Virus record (IMG/VR): IMGVR_UViG_2788500615_000003
Coordinates: 1,196-65,195 of that record
Strand: one strand, 5' to 3'
Length of the DNA: 64,000 nt
DNA from: a virus
Lineage: Duplodnaviria > Caudoviricetes
Numbering within the stretch: the stretch's first letter is position 1; each line of letters opens with the position of its first letter. Made by a program: the position numbers and the translations under genes. Positions 55,119 through 64,000 of the stretch are shown piece by piece. The notes below the pieces were generated by a model, which was given only the letters and a program-made list of their open reading frames with translations, did not search any database and had not been told where the DNA came from.

Positions 55119-56837
55119 ATGGAAATCGTGAACCTGAAGCAGGGCACGCCGGAATGGCATGCCCACCGCGCCGGCCACCGCAACGCGTCGGACGCCCCCG
55201 TCATGATGGGCGTGAGCCCGTACAAGACACGCGACGAGCTGGTGCGCGAAGCGGCAACCGGCTTCACTGAGGACGTGAGCGCCGGCAAGCAGCGCATCTT
55301 CGATGCCGGGCACCGATTCGAAGCCCTGGCGGGCCCGCTGGCGGAGAAGATCATCGGAGAAGAGATTGCCCCGCTGGTGGGCGTCTCTGGCCGCTATTCG
55401 TCCAGCTACGACGGCTTGACCTTCTTCCAGCAGATCGCGTTCGAGCACAAGAGCCTGAACGATGCGCTCCGCGCTGCAATGGTCGAAGGGTGTACCGGTG
55501 CAGACCTCCCCATGGTCTACCAAGTGCAGATGGAGCATCAGTGCCTCACCTGTCCAACCATCGAACGTGTGCTGTTCATGGCATCAAAGTGGGCCGACGA
55601 CAACACGCTGGTCGAAGAGCGGCACTGCTGGTACGCACCGAACCTGGAGCTGCGGGCACAGATCGAAGCCGGCTGGGACCAGTTCGAGGCTGACGTGGCT
55701 GCCTACGTTGCGCCCGCTAAGGCCGAACCCGTAGCGCCGCGCGTGATGGAGAGCCTGCCGGCCGTAGTGGTGCAGATGTCCGGCCAGATCGCCGTGACTG
55801 GCAACCTGGACAAATTCGGCGAGGCGCTGCGCCGCTTCGTCAGCATGATTCCGGAGAAGCCCGCCACCGATCAGGATTTCGCCGACACCGAGGCGGCATG
55901 CAAGGCCCTCAAGAAGGCGGAGGAAGCCCTGGCCGCGGCCGACGAGAGCACGCTGTCGCAGTTCTCCGACCTGGAGCAGGTGCGCCGCACGATGCGCGAT
56001 CTTCGCGACCTCGCCAGCACCGTTCGCCTCGCGAAGGAGAAGCTGGTCGATGCCCGCAAGAAGGAGATCCGGCTGGAGATCATCACCGACGGCCAAACCA
56101 GGCTGGGCGACCACCTGCGCAGCCTGAACGAACGCATCGGCCGTCCGTTCATGCCCCAGGTGCCTGCCGACTTCGCCGGCGTCATCAAGGGCCTGCGCAC
56201 CCTGGACAGCCTGCGCAATGCCGTGAACACCGAGTTGGCGCGCGCCAAGGTTGCCGCAACCGAGATCGCCATGGGCATCCATGCGAATCTCACGCACCTC
56301 GGCAACGTACAGGTGCAGTACCACGCGCTGTTCCCGGACCTCGCTGCGCTGGTACTGAAGGCACCCGACGACTTCAAGGCGGTGGTGACGGCGCGAGTTT
56401 CCGAGCACGAAGCCACGCTGAAGAAACAGGCCGAGGACGCTGCAGAACGGGAGCGCGAGCGGATCCGCACGGAGGAAGCAGCGAAGCTCGCCGAAGCCTC
56501 GCCCCCCGCCGTTGCAGTAGCGCAGGCAGAGCCGACCGCAGCGGCAGCGCCTGCGCCGCGCCCGGCCACACCATCCGCCGTCGTGACCTCGTTGGCGGCG
56601 CTGCAGGCCACGCCGGCGAACGACGGCGCCACCCTGACGCTGGGTCAGATCAAGACCCGCATCGCGCCCCTGCAGATCGATGCCGCCGGGCTCGAAACGC
56701 TGGGATTCAAGACCCAGAAAGTGCGCGCCGCTGTCGTCATGGCCGCGGCCGACTACCCCCGCCTGTGTGACGCCATCGTGGCCCACATCCAGGCGGCACG
56801 CAACGTCATCAATGAACCCGCCGCTGCTGCGGCATGA
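55119..56837 (+). CDS. YqaJ-like viral recombinase exonuclease
   Basis: QGTPEW..HR....ASD, GH.FE, SYDG, EHK and QMEHQ motifs. Confidence 0.9.
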   Translation: MEIVNLKQGTPEWHAHRAGHRNASDAPVMMGVSPYKTRDELVREAATGFTEDVSAGKQRIFDAGHRFEALAGPLAEKIIGEEIAPLVGVSGRYSSSYDGLTFFQQIAFEHKSLNDALRAAMVEGCTGADLPMVYQVQMEHQCLTCPTIERVLFMASKWADDNTLVEERHCWYAPNLELRAQIEAGWDQFEADVAAYVAPAKAEPVAPRVMESLPAVVVQMSGQIAVTGNLDKFGEALRRFVSMIPEKPATDQDFADTEAACKALKKAEEALAAADESTLSQFSDLEQVRRTMRDLRDLASTVRLAKEKLVDARKKEIRLEIITDGQTRLGDHLRSLNERIGRPFMPQVPADFAGVIKGLRTLDSLRNAVNTELARAKVAATEIAMGIHANLTHLGNVQVQYHALFPDLAALVLKAPDDFKAVVTARVSEHEATLKKQAEDAAERERERIRTEEAAKLAEASPPAVAVAQAEPTAAAAPAPRPATPSAVVTSLAALQATPANDGATLTLGQIKTRIAPLQIDAAGLETLGFKTQKVRAAVVMAAADYPRLCDAIVAHIQAARNVINEPAAAAA

Positions 56838-57133
56838 CCACCACCATGAAGAAGACCTACACCCCGCCGGCGCCCTTCACCGACCCGAAGGAATACCGCC
56901 CGATCCCCCTCGTTCCCGTCAGCTCCGGCCAGGTGAAGGCCATCGGCTACGACGCGCCCACCAAGACGCTGGCCGTGACCTTCAACAGCGGGCCGGGCAC
57001 GGTCTACCACTACCCCGATGTGGAGTCGAAGCTGCACGAGGACTTGATCAACGCCGAGTCCATCGGCACCTTCTTCGGCGCGCACATCAAGCCGCGGTCG
57101 TTCAAGAAGTTCGAGGCGTCGGCCGCAGCCTGA
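56834..57133 (+). CDS. KTSC-domain protein
   Basis: VSSGQVKAIGYD....L.V.F......YHY.DV...SIG.FF...IK. Confidence 0.85.
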   Translation: MTTTMKKTYTPPAPFTDPKEYRPIPLVPVSSGQVKAIGYDAPTKTLAVTFNSGPGTVYHYPDVESKLHEDLINAESIGTFFGAHIKPRSFKKFEASAAA

Positions 57134-57153
57134 GTTGCGCAGCGCCTTCCTCC

Positions 57154-57179
57154 GGCCCGCCGACGCGCGGGCTTTTTTT
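57154..57179 (+). terminator. Intrinsic terminator
   Basis: GCCCGC...GCGGGC followed by TTTTTTT. Confidence 0.75.
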
Positions 57180-57209
57180 CGCCCGTTCGCTCGCAACCGA
57201 AAGGAAATC

Positions 57210-57590
57210 ATGAGCACCACCCTGAAATCGCCGACCCCGGAGGCCAAGCGTAAGAGCTTCACGGAGTTCTTCGAGTCCATCGACTACGGCGCCTTCTCTG
57301 ACGAAGCCACCAGTCAGCTCAACGACCTGGTGCACGCCGTGACCGAAACCGGCAAGTCCGGCCAGATCACCCTCGACATCAAGCTCAAGCCGGTGGGCAA
57401 GGGCGCACAGATGGAGATCGCCACCGACGTGAAGGTGAAGACACCGAAGGCTGCCCGCGGCGTGACCATCATGTTCGCGACGCCCGACAACAACCTGCAG
57501 CGCGAAGACCCGCGCCAGAAGACGCTGGAAGGCCTCAAGACGGCCGACCAGGAAGCTGCCGACAAGGCAGCGCTCCGCGTGGTGGGCTGA
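57210..57590 (+). CDS. Phage protein, usual upstream partner of DUF2303
   Basis: V.ETGKSG.ITL...F.TPDNNLQREDPRQ pattern. Confidence 0.75.
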   Translation: MSTTLKSPTPEAKRKSFTEFFESIDYGAFSDEATSQLNDLVHAVTETGKSGQITLDIKLKPVGKGAQMEIATDVKVKTPKAARGVTIMFATPDNNLQREDPRQKTLEGLKTADQEAADKAALRVVG

Positions 57591-57629
57591 TCCAGCGCAC
57601 CGCTTTCTCAATCACTCGAACTTCAATCC

Positions 57630-58430
57630 ATGAGCAACGACCAAACTACCGAGGCGCAATCGATCGCGTCCATGTCCGCCGCACTGCAGGATGCCCGCCA
57701 CGTCAACGGCGTGCCCTTCGTCATCGTCCCGCAGGACTATCGCTTCCACTCGTTGGAGTCTCAGTTGGGCGCACCGGTGCGCAAGAAGGGCACCACGGTC
57801 TTGACCGACGAAGCCAGCTTCATTGCGGTGCTCAACGACCAGAAGACCAACGACACGCGCCTGTTTTCGACCATCAACCCGCCGACCTTCACGGCGGTCT
57901 TCAACCACATCGCCGAGCTGCCCGGCTGGGGCGACCACCGCGCCGCCTACAACGCACCGCTGTCGCCGGAATGGAAGATCTGGACCGAGAAGAGCGGCCG
58001 CCCGCAGAAGCAGGCCGACTTCGCGCAGTTCATCGAGGACAACCTGCCCGACATCGTGGAGCCGGCCGGCGCCGACCTCCTGGAAGTGGCGCACGGCCTG
58101 ATCGCGAAGAAGAACGTGAAGTTCGCCAGCGCCATTCGCCTGTCGGACGGGTCGAACCAGTTCACCTACGAGGAAGACGTGCAGGGCGCCACCCAGAAGG
58201 GGCAGATGGCGGTTCCCGACCACTTCGTCATCGGCATCCCGGTGTTCGAGGGCGGCGAGGCCTGGCGCGTCGATGCCCGGCTGCGCTACCGGATCTCCGA
58301 AGGCGGCCTCACTCTCTGGTACGAGCTGGTGCGTCCGCACAAGGTGATCGAGACGGCCGTGAACGAACTGCGCAAGCGCATCAGCGACGCCACCACGCTC
58401 GCGATCCTGAGCGGCCTGCCGAGCAGCTGA
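57630..58430 (+). CDS. DUF2303 (YfdQ-like) protein
   Basis: SPEWKIW, QADFAQFIEDN and IPVFEGG...ARLRYR motifs. Confidence 0.85.
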   Translation: MSNDQTTEAQSIASMSAALQDARHVNGVPFVIVPQDYRFHSLESQLGAPVRKKGTTVLTDEASFIAVLNDQKTNDTRLFSTINPPTFTAVFNHIAELPGWGDHRAAYNAPLSPEWKIWTEKSGRPQKQADFAQFIEDNLPDIVEPAGADLLEVAHGLIAKKNVKFASAIRLSDGSNQFTYEEDVQGATQKGQMAVPDHFVIGIPVFEGGEAWRVDARLRYRISEGGLTLWYELVRPHKVIETAVNELRKRISDATTLAILSGLPSS

Positions 58431-58516
58431 CCCCCTCCGCCCCTGCCCCGCGGGGGCATCAGCACAGGGCATGCACCGCGTGCCTTGTCCTGATGAACCA
58501 CCTGTAGAGACACACC

Positions 58517-59134
58517 GTGGAACGACGACAAAAAGACATCACCCTGATGGCCGAACATGCGGGCCTCACCGCCGTGCGGGCCGAGCGGCGCAACGCCCGC
58601 ATCTATCTCGTGTGCTCCGGCGAAAACGGCGCCGAACGCGAGTTTTCCATCAGCCTTGGCAACCGCAGCGACCCGCGCGGCGACCTCAACCAGCTTTCCC
58701 TCATGAAGCGCTTCGCTCGCGAGAACACCGTGGCTCGCGATACCGCGGCCGCGCCCACCACCACCAACCAACCGACCATGACGACGAAGAAGAACACCCG
58801 CACGCCGACCGCCCCCAGCATCGAGCTTTCGCCCCTGGACTTCTATCGCCTTTGCGAGTGGCTGAAGACGAAGGCGAGCGAGATCTCAGCCCTGCCCAGC
58901 TTCGACGCCATGGCACTGGCCATCACCCAGCACATCGGGCAGCCGGTCGAGAACGGCACCATCCAGCAGGCGATGCAGGTCACCGGCGTGGCCGAGCCCG
59001 TGCACTGGAGCGATCCCACCGACCCCACGCTGGTCCTGGCCCGCGAACTCGCCACTCTTATGAAGAGCCTGGGCGCGGCGCAGAGCGCGGCGTTCGCGAA
59101 GCTAGTGGGACAGTTGCACAAGGTGCCCGCATGA
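58517..59134 (+). CDS. Phage hypothetical protein
   Basis: 205-aa ORF with coding-like composition. Confidence 0.6.
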   Translation: MERRQKDITLMAEHAGLTAVRAERRNARIYLVCSGENGAEREFSISLGNRSDPRGDLNQLSLMKRFARENTVARDTAAAPTTTNQPTMTTKKNTRTPTAPSIELSPLDFYRLCEWLKTKASEISALPSFDAMALAITQHIGQPVENGTIQQAMQVTGVAEPVHWSDPTDPTLVLARELATLMKSLGAAQSAAFAKLVGQLHKVPA

Positions 59135-59355
59135 CCAGCGCCGCCTGCACTAGTGGGAGCGCCCACACGTTCGAGTTCGAAAAGAACGTCACGCATCTCC
59201 ACATCTCGAACGACGGCACGGCGGCCGCGCGCGTAGCGGCGAAGTTCGCATGCTCCTGCGGCGCCTTCGAGCTGCGCGACCCCATCGCGCCGAAAACCTG
59301 CCTGGGCTGCGGCGCAAAACAGGCGCCGGACGGCACGCTCCCCTGCGGGCACTGA
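59131..59355 (+). CDS. Small Cys-rich protein
   Basis: CSCG, CLGCG and LPCGH motifs. ATGA overlap. Confidence 0.55.
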   Translation: MTSAACTSGSAHTFEFEKNVTHLHISNDGTAAARVAAKFACSCGAFELRDPIAPKTCLGCGAKQAPDGTLPCGH

Positions 59356-59373
59356 GCCCGCCCCACCCCACCG

Positions 59374-59402
59374 AAGCCCGCACCACGCGGGCTTTCTTCT
59401 TT
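59374..59402 (+). terminator. Intrinsic terminator
   Basis: AAGCCCGC-ACCAC-GCGGGCTTTCTTCTTT. Confidence 0.65.
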
Positions 59403-59412
59403 CGGAGAAGCG

Positions 59413-61218
59413 ATGCGCTCCCCCCAATTCATCCTTGGTCTGGACGACGAACTGCTGGTGGACGAATTCGCCTGCGGCGGCGGCATGTCCGAAGCCATCG
59501 AGCAGGCCACCGGCCGCCACGTTGACATCGCCGTGAACCACGACGAAGACGCCTGCAGCATGCATGCGGCGAACCACCCGCAAACCGAACACTACTGGAA
59601 GGACGTGTTCGAGGTGGATCCGCGCGAAGCCACGGGCAATCGCCCGGTCGGCCTGCTCCACATGTCCCCTGACTGCACGCATCACAGTCAGGCGCGCGGC
59701 GGGCAGCCCCGCAGCAAGAAGCTGCGCGGCCTCTGTTGGATCGGCGCCCGCTGGGCCGGCCAGAAGCGCCCGCGCATCATCACGCTGGAGAACGTGAAGC
59801 AGATCCTGGATTGGGGGCCGCTGATCGCAAAGCGCTGCCCGCGCACCGGCCGCGTCGTGAAGATCGATGGCACCGTGGCGAAGCCGGGCGAGCGCGTGCC
59901 GATGAACCTGCAGCACCTGGTGCCCGACCCGACACGCAAGGGGCGGCATTGGCGGCGGTTCGTCGCCGTGCTGCGCTCAATGGCCTACGAAGTGGACTGG
60001 CAGGTCCTCTGCGCCGCCGACTACGGCGCGCCGACAACGCGCACCCGCCTTTTCATGGTTGCGCGCTGCGACGGTGCTCCCATCGTCTGGCCGGCCCCCA
60101 CGCACTTCAAGCGCCCCGCGAAGGGACAGAAGCGCTGGCGCGCCGCGCACGAGTGCATCGACTGGACCATCAAGGGCCGCAGCATCTTCGAGCGCGAGAA
60201 GCCTCTGGCCGATGCGACGCTGCGCCGCGTGGCGCACGGCCTGAAAAGATACGTGCTGGACAGCGCGGATCCTTTCATCGTGCAGATCGCCAACTGGTCG
60301 CGGGAAGGCACCGCCAGCACGCGCGCGCCACTGTCCACCGTGACGGCGTGGCCGCGCGGCGGCTCCCACGCGGTGGTGGCGCCGGTGATGGTGCAAGCCG
60401 GCCACGGCCAGGGCACGCCAGACGCTCCGCGCTGGAGCTACGGCGCCAAAGATCCGCGCGACCCCGTGGGCACCGTCACAGCCAGCGGCGGCGGCCAGGC
60501 CGTCGCGGTCGGAACCTTGGTTCAGATGGGCTATGGCGAGCGCGAAGGCCAGGCACCGCGCGCGCTGGATGTGCGCGAGCCGCTGGGTACCGTCGTCGGC
60601 GCCGGCAAGTTCGCGGCCGTCACGGCATTCGTGGAGCAAGCCAATGGCGGCTTCAATGCGACGCCGGCGCGAGACGCACGCGAGCCGATGTCCACCAGCA
60701 CGGCCAGCGGCTCGCAGCAACGGGTGGTGACAGCGCACCTCGCAACTCTGCGCCAGAACTGCATCGGCCAGGACCTGCGCGAACCGGTGCCGACGATGAC
60801 CGCCGGCGGCGAGCATCACGCGGTGGTGGAGTACCACCTGTCTCCAGAGGCGGAAGCCGGCGCGCTGCGCATTGCGGCATTCCTGATCCGCTATTACGGT
60901 CAGGGCGGGCAGCTCGGCGACCTGCACGAACCGATGAGCACCAGCACCACGAAGGACCGGCTTGCCCTGGTCACCGTGTGGCTGCGCTGCGAGCCCTATG
61001 TGATCGTGGACATCCAGCTGCGCATGCTCACGCCGCGCGAGCTGTACAACGCCAACGGCTTCGCTCCGACGTACCGTATCGACCACGGACACGACGAGCG
61101 CATCTTCAGCAAGAGCACCCAGGTGCGCATGTGCGGCAACGCCGTCCCGCCCCCGTTGGGCCGCGCGGTCATCGAAGCCAACTGGAACAGCCACGTCGAA
61201 TGGCGCAAGGCCGCATGA
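59413..61218 (+). CDS. DNA cytosine-C5 methyltransferase
   Basis: FACGGG, SPDC, ENV, R.RLF and GNAVPP motifs. Confidence 0.95.
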   Translation: MRSPQFILGLDDELLVDEFACGGGMSEAIEQATGRHVDIAVNHDEDACSMHAANHPQTEHYWKDVFEVDPREATGNRPVGLLHMSPDCTHHSQARGGQPRSKKLRGLCWIGARWAGQKRPRIITLENVKQILDWGPLIAKRCPRTGRVVKIDGTVAKPGERVPMNLQHLVPDPTRKGRHWRRFVAVLRSMAYEVDWQVLCAADYGAPTTRTRLFMVARCDGAPIVWPAPTHFKRPAKGQKRWRAAHECIDWTIKGRSIFEREKPLADATLRRVAHGLKRYVLDSADPFIVQIANWSREGTASTRAPLSTVTAWPRGGSHAVVAPVMVQAGHGQGTPDAPRWSYGAKDPRDPVGTVTASGGGQAVAVGTLVQMGYGEREGQAPRALDVREPLGTVVGAGKFAAVTAFVEQANGGFNATPARDAREPMSTSTASGSQQRVVTAHLATLRQNCIGQDLREPVPTMTAGGEHHAVVEYHLSPEAEAGALRIAAFLIRYYGQGGQLGDLHEPMSTSTTKDRLALVTVWLRCEPYVIVDIQLRMLTPRELYNANGFAPTYRIDHGHDERIFSKSTQVRMCGNAVPPPLGRAVIEANWNSHVEWRKAA

Positions 61219-61517
61219 AGACCTTGCACCTGCCGCTCAAACGCTGCTATTTCGAGCAGATCCGCGACGGTACGAAGACAGAGGAATATCGCCTCTGTAC
61301 GCCCTTCTGGCAGCGTCGCCTGGAGGGCCAAACCTTCGACCGCATCGTGCTCACGCTGGGCTACCCGCCCGCCGCCGACGCTGCGCGCCGCCTGGAGCGG
61401 CCGTGGCGCGGCTTCTCCATCAAGACCATCACCCACCCGCACTTCGGCACTGAGCCAGTGCATGTGTTCGCTATCAATGTTGCGGCAGCGCAGGCTGCCG
61501 AAATAGACACGCAATGA
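61215..61517 (+). CDS. ASCH-domain protein
   Basis: LHLPLK..YFEQI..GTKTEEYR. Confidence 0.85.
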   Translation: MKTLHLPLKRCYFEQIRDGTKTEEYRLCTPFWQRRLEGQTFDRIVLTLGYPPAADAARRLERPWRGFSIKTITHPHFGTEPVHVFAINVAAAQAAEIDTQ

Positions 61518-62275
61518 GTCGTATCGCACCACACATCCTTTCCATCCTCGAACGCGCCGACACCGATGGCGCCGCGCTCCGCTTGACTGGGCAGCTCGAC
61601 CGCAAGAACTACGCCGCGGTCAACGCCGTGCTCGAAGCCGTTGGCGGCAAGTGGAACAAGAAGGCCAAGGCCCATCTGTTCGAATGCGATGCCGACGACG
61701 CTTTGGAGCAGATCCTGCTGACGGGCGAGGTAGTGACCAAGAAGTCAATCCAGCAGGAATTCGGCTTCTTCCCCACCCCCGACAACATCGCGCACGAGGC
61801 AGTGGCGGCCGCCGACATCGAGCCCGGCATGCTGGTGCTGGAACCCTCCGCCGGCCACGGCGCCCTCGCAGAAGCGGTACGCGCCGCGGGCGGCAAAGTG
61901 GAGTGCGTCGAGGTCCTGATGGAGAACGTCGCCGAACTGGAGCGCCGCTGCCTGCACGTCACCGCCGGAGACTTCCTGGAGCAACCGCCCCGGGCCATCT
62001 ACGACCGCGTGGTGATGAACCCGCCCTTCGCCAAGCAAGCGGATATCAAGCACGTCCTGCACGCGCTGAAGTTCGTGAAGCCAGGTGGCCGGCTAGTCGC
62101 GATCATGTCGAACGGCTTGACCTTCCGCAGTGATCGCCGCACCGCTGAATTCAACGCAACGGTCGAATCGCTGGGTGGATCCGTCGCCCGGCTGCCCGAT
62201 GGATCGTTCAAGGCGTCCGGCACGATGGTGAGCACGATCATGGTGGTGCTCGATGTTCCTGGAGGTGCGGCATGA
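61514..62275 (+). CDS. N6-adenine (amino) methyltransferase
   Basis: FFPTP, VLEPSAGHG and MNPPF motifs. Confidence 0.9.
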   Translation: MSRIAPHILSILERADTDGAALRLTGQLDRKNYAAVNAVLEAVGGKWNKKAKAHLFECDADDALEQILLTGEVVTKKSIQQEFGFFPTPDNIAHEAVAAADIEPGMLVLEPSAGHGALAEAVRAAGGKVECVEVLMENVAELERRCLHVTAGDFLEQPPRAIYDRVVMNPPFAKQADIKHVLHALKFVKPGGRLVAIMSNGLTFRSDRRTAEFNATVESLGGSVARLPDGSFKASGTMVSTIMVVLDVPGGAA

Positions 62276-62811
62276 AGATGGCTCGCGCATCGGACGCCGA
62301 CATCGACGCCGCCCTGGCTGTCAGCCGCATCCTCGAAGACCTTGAGAAGCGCTACATGCCCGAAGCGCCAGGAGAAGAGCGGCAGGGAATCGAGTGGTTC
62401 GACCGCGACGATGCCGAGCAGTGCCAGCGCGCTCTGGGCATCCTGCTCGACGCGGCCGCGAAGGGCAGCATCTTCCGTGTCACCTTCGGCATGGCCGTGG
62501 TCCTGGACCCGCGCAACGAGCTGCTGGACCCTGCTGCAGATACGCTGGAGAAACACCCGAAGACCATGGCCGCACTGGCGGCCGTGGATGCTGCGCAAAT
62601 CGCCAAGGGCGATGCCCGAAATCGCGTCTACGCGGACAGCACGTCGCATCTGCACGTCGGCGACTCTTCCTTCGAGGACTGGTTTCAAGCACATCCGAAG
62701 GCGTGCACTGGCGACAAGCAACTGGCTCGCGATGCCTACGCCGCGGGCATGGGCGACCCACTGGTGGTGGCGCGCTCGGTAGCCCGTTCGGGCGAAGGAG
62801 GCTCGACATGA
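62272..62811 (+). CDS. Phage hypothetical protein
   Basis: Coupled ORF with a GGAGG Shine-Dalgarno. Confidence 0.65.
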   Translation: MKMARASDADIDAALAVSRILEDLEKRYMPEAPGEERQGIEWFDRDDAEQCQRALGILLDAAAKGSIFRVTFGMAVVLDPRNELLDPAADTLEKHPKTMAALAAVDAAQIAKGDARNRVYADSTSHLHVGDSSFEDWFQAHPKACTGDKQLARDAYAAGMGDPLVVARSVARSGEGGST

Positions 62812-63050
62812 CCACAAAGACGAAGGTGGCGAACGTGCAAGCCACGGCGGAGATTCAGTTGACCTTGCGGATTAAGGTCAATGGGTCATGGGGAGGCGAC
62901 TGCCCCGCCGAGCAGATTTTCCGGCAAGCCCGTGCCGAGGCAGTGAGCATGATCAACAACGCGCTCTACGAGAGCCGCGACCACCTGCGCAACAGAATCG
63001 CCATCGTGGGCACGCCCGAGATCCTGACCGTGATTGGCGTCCGCAAATGA
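62808..63050 (+). CDS. Small hypothetical protein
   Basis: ATGA overlaps on both sides. Confidence 0.55.
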   Translation: MTTKTKVANVQATAEIQLTLRIKVNGSWGGDCPAEQIFRQARAEAVSMINNALYESRDHLRNRIAIVGTPEILTVIGVRK

Positions 63051-63340
63051 CGGTCTACGTCGATGACATGCGCGCGCCCTTTCGCGGCATGGTGATGTGC
63101 CACCTGGTGGCGGACACCCTTCCCGAACTCCACGCGATGGCGGATCGCATTGGCGTGCGACGGCGCTGGTACCAGGGGCCGCCCGTCACGCGCTGGCCGC
63201 ACTACGACATAGCGTTGACCAAGCGCGCGCTGGCGGTGGCCGCCGGCGCGGTAGAGATTCGCTGGCGCGATGCGCCGGCCGCCGCGCGGCGCTGCCTGGC
63301 CGCGGCGGGAGATGGAGGCCAAGATGCCAATCAAACCTGA
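63047..63340 (+). CDS. DUF4031-domain protein
   Basis: MTVYVDD...MCHLVADT..ELH.MA..IG...HYD. Confidence 0.85.
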   Translation: MTVYVDDMRAPFRGMVMCHLVADTLPELHAMADRIGVRRRWYQGPPVTRWPHYDIALTKRALAVAAGAVEIRWRDAPAAARRCLAAAGDGGQDANQT

Positions 63341-63749
63341 GAACAAGTGCCGCTACCCTGCGGACTGGAAGCAGATTCGGGAGAGCATCCTGCGCCGCGC
63401 CGAGGATCGATGCGAGCAGTGCCGCGCACCGAACCATCTTCGCATCGCGCGCGGTGCCGACCACGACGCCGGCACCTACATGACCGACGACGCCAACGTT
63501 TACGACGCGGCAACTGGAGAACACCTCGGACGATGCCGAATGAGCGACTACAGCGTAGACCGAATGACCAGCGTGGTGCTCACCATCGCTCACCTTGATC
63601 ACATCCCTGAGAACTGCGATCCGTCGAACCTGAAGGCGCTGTGTCAGCGCTGCCACCTCGCGCTCGATGCGGAGCAGCACAAGGCAAACGCTCAGGCAAC
63701 CCGCCGCGCGCGGCTGGCAGTCCGCGACCTGTTTGCAGAAGGCTCCTGA
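63324..63749 (+). CDS. HNH-like Zn-binding protein
   Basis: MPIKPEN..RYP.DW, CEQC and VLTIAHLDH.PENC...NL.ALCQRCH. Confidence 0.8.
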   Translation: MPIKPENKCRYPADWKQIRESILRRAEDRCEQCRAPNHLRIARGADHDAGTYMTDDANVYDAATGEHLGRCRMSDYSVDRMTSVVLTIAHLDHIPENCDPSNLKALCQRCHLALDAEQHKANAQATRRARLAVRDLFAEGS

Positions 63750-63757
63750 CGGCCTGC

Positions 63758-64000
63758 TCAGTCCGCTTCGAGATCGAATTCCATCTGGGTCTGCCGGATC
63801 GCCCTCGCAACCGAGGGGGTGTGCAGGTCCCTGTTCCGAAGGATCGGCACGGTCCAGTTCGCGCCCCCCTCCCCTCCATCCATCCACCGCACGCCGCCCA
63901 GGTGCACATCCGTGACTTGGCCGGCCATGCCCGGCAGAGCCTCGATGCGCTCGATCAGGATCTGCTGCAACTGGCGCGCGGTGCGGGTGGTCTTCGGCAT
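63758..64000 (-). CDS. Small hypothetical protein
   Basis: 80-aa ORF convergent with the early operon, at the window edge. Confidence 0.6.
   Translation of the reverse strand: MPKTTRTARQLQQILIERIEALPGMAGQVTDVHLGGVRWMDGGEGGANWTVPILRNRDLHTPSVARAIRQTQMEFDLEAD

Larger units (their letters stand above)
3162..64000. mobile_element. Temperate podovirus-like prophage (lysis, virion, packaging, replication, immunity and early modules); may extend left to include 191-3165 and continues past the right edge
   Basis: Complete modular order with lysozyme, capsid, portal, terminase, cI/cro and RecT/YqaJ. No tail sheath or classical tape measure recognised. No integrase or att site in the window. Confidence 0.95.

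Overview
This GC-rich window is almost entirely one temperate, podovirus-like prophage. The host is probably a Burkholderiales/Comamonadaceae-like betaproteobacterium (inference from base composition and gene style). Left to right it contains: a lower-GC HipA-like kinase/DUF3037 pair with nucleoside deoxyribosyltransferase and SRAP genes; a minus-strand lysis cassette; a 3265-aa polyvalent ejected protein; tail/virion genes; an N4-gp56-type capsid, scaffold, portal and terminase; an initiator tRNA; replication and nin-type genes; a lambda-like cI/cro switch; and a plus-strand early arm (RecT, YqaJ, DUF2303, two DNA methyltransferases). No integrase or att site is visible. Main signals read from the DNA: (1) six CCCCTGTAGGGTT-like boxes, five with an exact 22-nt spacer to a -10 hexamer, suggesting a late-promoter regulon, with accessory genes inserted next to three of them; (2) a phage CsrA-like gene plus three identical GCGCAGGAGTGC GGA-loop hairpins at tail-gene translation starts; (3) a tRNA-fMet with C33 in place of the near-invariant U33; (4) several candidate defence morons; (5) a GIY-YIG domain inserted in the replication initiator. 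All family assignments come from motif recognition, not database searches.
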